NCBI GenBank assembly: GCA_035649235.1
Contig: DASRJX010000134.1
Span: 1 to 19,964, forward strand
Origin: Candidatus Cryosericum sp.
Lineage (GTDB): Bacteria; Acidobacteriota; Polarisedimenticolia; Gp22-AA2
Direction of reading: 5' to 3'
DNA: 19,964 bases
The notes under the pieces were generated by a model. That model made no database searches. It had not been told where the DNA came from and was given only the letters and a program-made list of their open reading frames with translations. The translations under genes were made by a program, and so were the position numbers. Below are positions 19,356 through 19,964 of the stretch, piece after piece; position 1 is the first letter of the stretch; every line of letters begins with the position of its first letter.

Positions 19356-19964
19356 ATGGAGCCCGAGGGCCGATTCATCAATTATGTCAATGTGCAGCGG
19401 CTCACACAAGGTACGACCGCCACGATATACCTGGCACAATCAACGTACACGGGAGCCAAGGTTGCGCTAAAACTATTCCCCACGGGTGTCTCCCCCTCTG
19501 AAGCAAATCCGCCTGCCTGTGACCCATCACGCTACTTCGACACCGAACTAGAAATCCTCCTAGACAATAACTGTCCGAACATCGGCCATCTGCTCGATTT
19601 CGGCACAACACTTGACGAACAGCATCAGTACCTCGCGCTTGAGTACGTTTCCGGACCGGACTTGCAGAGAGCGACAAGAGACTCGTCGCTCGAAACCCTC
19701 CTGAACCTGTTCTTGCAGTTGGCGCACGCCCTCGGACATCTCCACCACCGCGGGATAATCCACGGCGATCTCAAACCGGCAAACGTGCTCGTGACACACT
19801 CTGTCACAGGCAGAGCGCGTGCTAGTGCTAGCCTAATCGACTTCAGTTCGGCGAGAGATGTCACCAAACCACTTGGGAGCTTCAATCCGTGCCTGACGGT
19901 GCCCTTCGCCGCCCCGGAACTGCTCCGCACAAGGGTTCCAACTACAGCCTCGGATCTTTATGCA
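19356..19964 (+). CDS. Ser/Thr protein kinase (atypical, non-RD HGD, DFS), N-terminal 203 aa; continues beyond the window end
   Basis: My translation reads MEPEGRFINYVNVQRLTQGTTATIYLAQ...AKVALKLF...HRGIIHGDLKPANVLV...IDFSSA...FAAPELL. VALK lysine, catalytic loop and APE are present. The G-loop is degenerate, HRD is replaced by HGD and DFG by DFS. GC is about 53 %, with many A/T-ending codons unlike the rest of the window. Preceded by an in-frame TAG at 19341; no stop before the window end. Confidence 0.7.
   Translation, partial: MEPEGRFINYVNVQRLTQGTTATIYLAQSTYTGAKVALKLFPTGVSPSEANPPACDPSRYFDTELEILLDNNCPNIGHLLDFGTTLDEQHQYLALEYVSGPDLQRATRDSSLETLLNLFLQLAHALGHLHHRGIIHGDLKPANVLVTHSVTGRARASASLIDFSSARDVTKPLGSFNPCLTVPFAAPELLRTRVPTTASDLYA

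Overview
This is a ~20 kb, ~70 % GC bacterial chromosomal segment with no rRNA, tRNA, CRISPR, transposase or integrase signatures. By inference only, the gene content suggests a Myxococcota- or Acidobacteriota-like organism: abundant Ser/Thr kinases, a sigma-54 activator, TPR repeats and c-di-GMP enzymes. I support 11 protein-coding genes, with coordinates given in the feature list.

Genes, left to right:
- A partial divergent M42-type peptidase on the minus strand.
- A bifunctional class A penicillin-binding protein.
- A three-gene minus-strand operon whose start and stop codons overlap (TTGA, ATGA): a hypothetical protein, an S55/SpoIVB-like serine peptidase, and a secreted beta-propeller protein with Ig-like C-terminal domains.
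- A small signal-anchored protein carrying an HExxH motif, convergent with and overlapping the next gene.
- A membrane protein fusing SPFH (band-7), an alkaline-phosphatase-superfamily phosphodiesterase and TPR repeats.
- A membrane HD-GYP/GAF/GGDEF protein whose cyclase motif reads AGDEF.
- A 1748-aa giant protein fusing a Hanks-type Ser/Thr kinase (non-RD, HND catalytic loop), a STAND/AAA16 NTPase, roughly 700 aa of TPR-like repeats, a GAF domain, a sigma-54 activator AAA+ domain (GAYTGA variant) and a Fis-type HTH.

The most interesting part is the right end. The giant kinase/sigma-54 activator is followed by a ~390 bp AT-rich region holding repeated CAGTCTCA motifs (one a perfect 14-bp palindrome), an IHF-like site and a well-spaced sigma-54 -24/-12 promoter candidate. 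That promoter would drive an 87-aa secreted peptide with a C-terminal Cys-x4-Cys loop and a strong intrinsic terminator. Next comes a second, atypical Ser/Thr kinase gene, whose codon usage is clearly foreign to the rest of the window.

Two other regulatory observations:
- A conserved ~33-bp element with an extended -10-like TGCTATAYT sits immediately upstream of two otherwise unrelated minus-strand genes.
- Several genes have start codons only 6-9 nt after a -10-like hexamer, suggesting leaderless transcripts.

All functional calls are motif-based readings of the translations. No database searches were possible.
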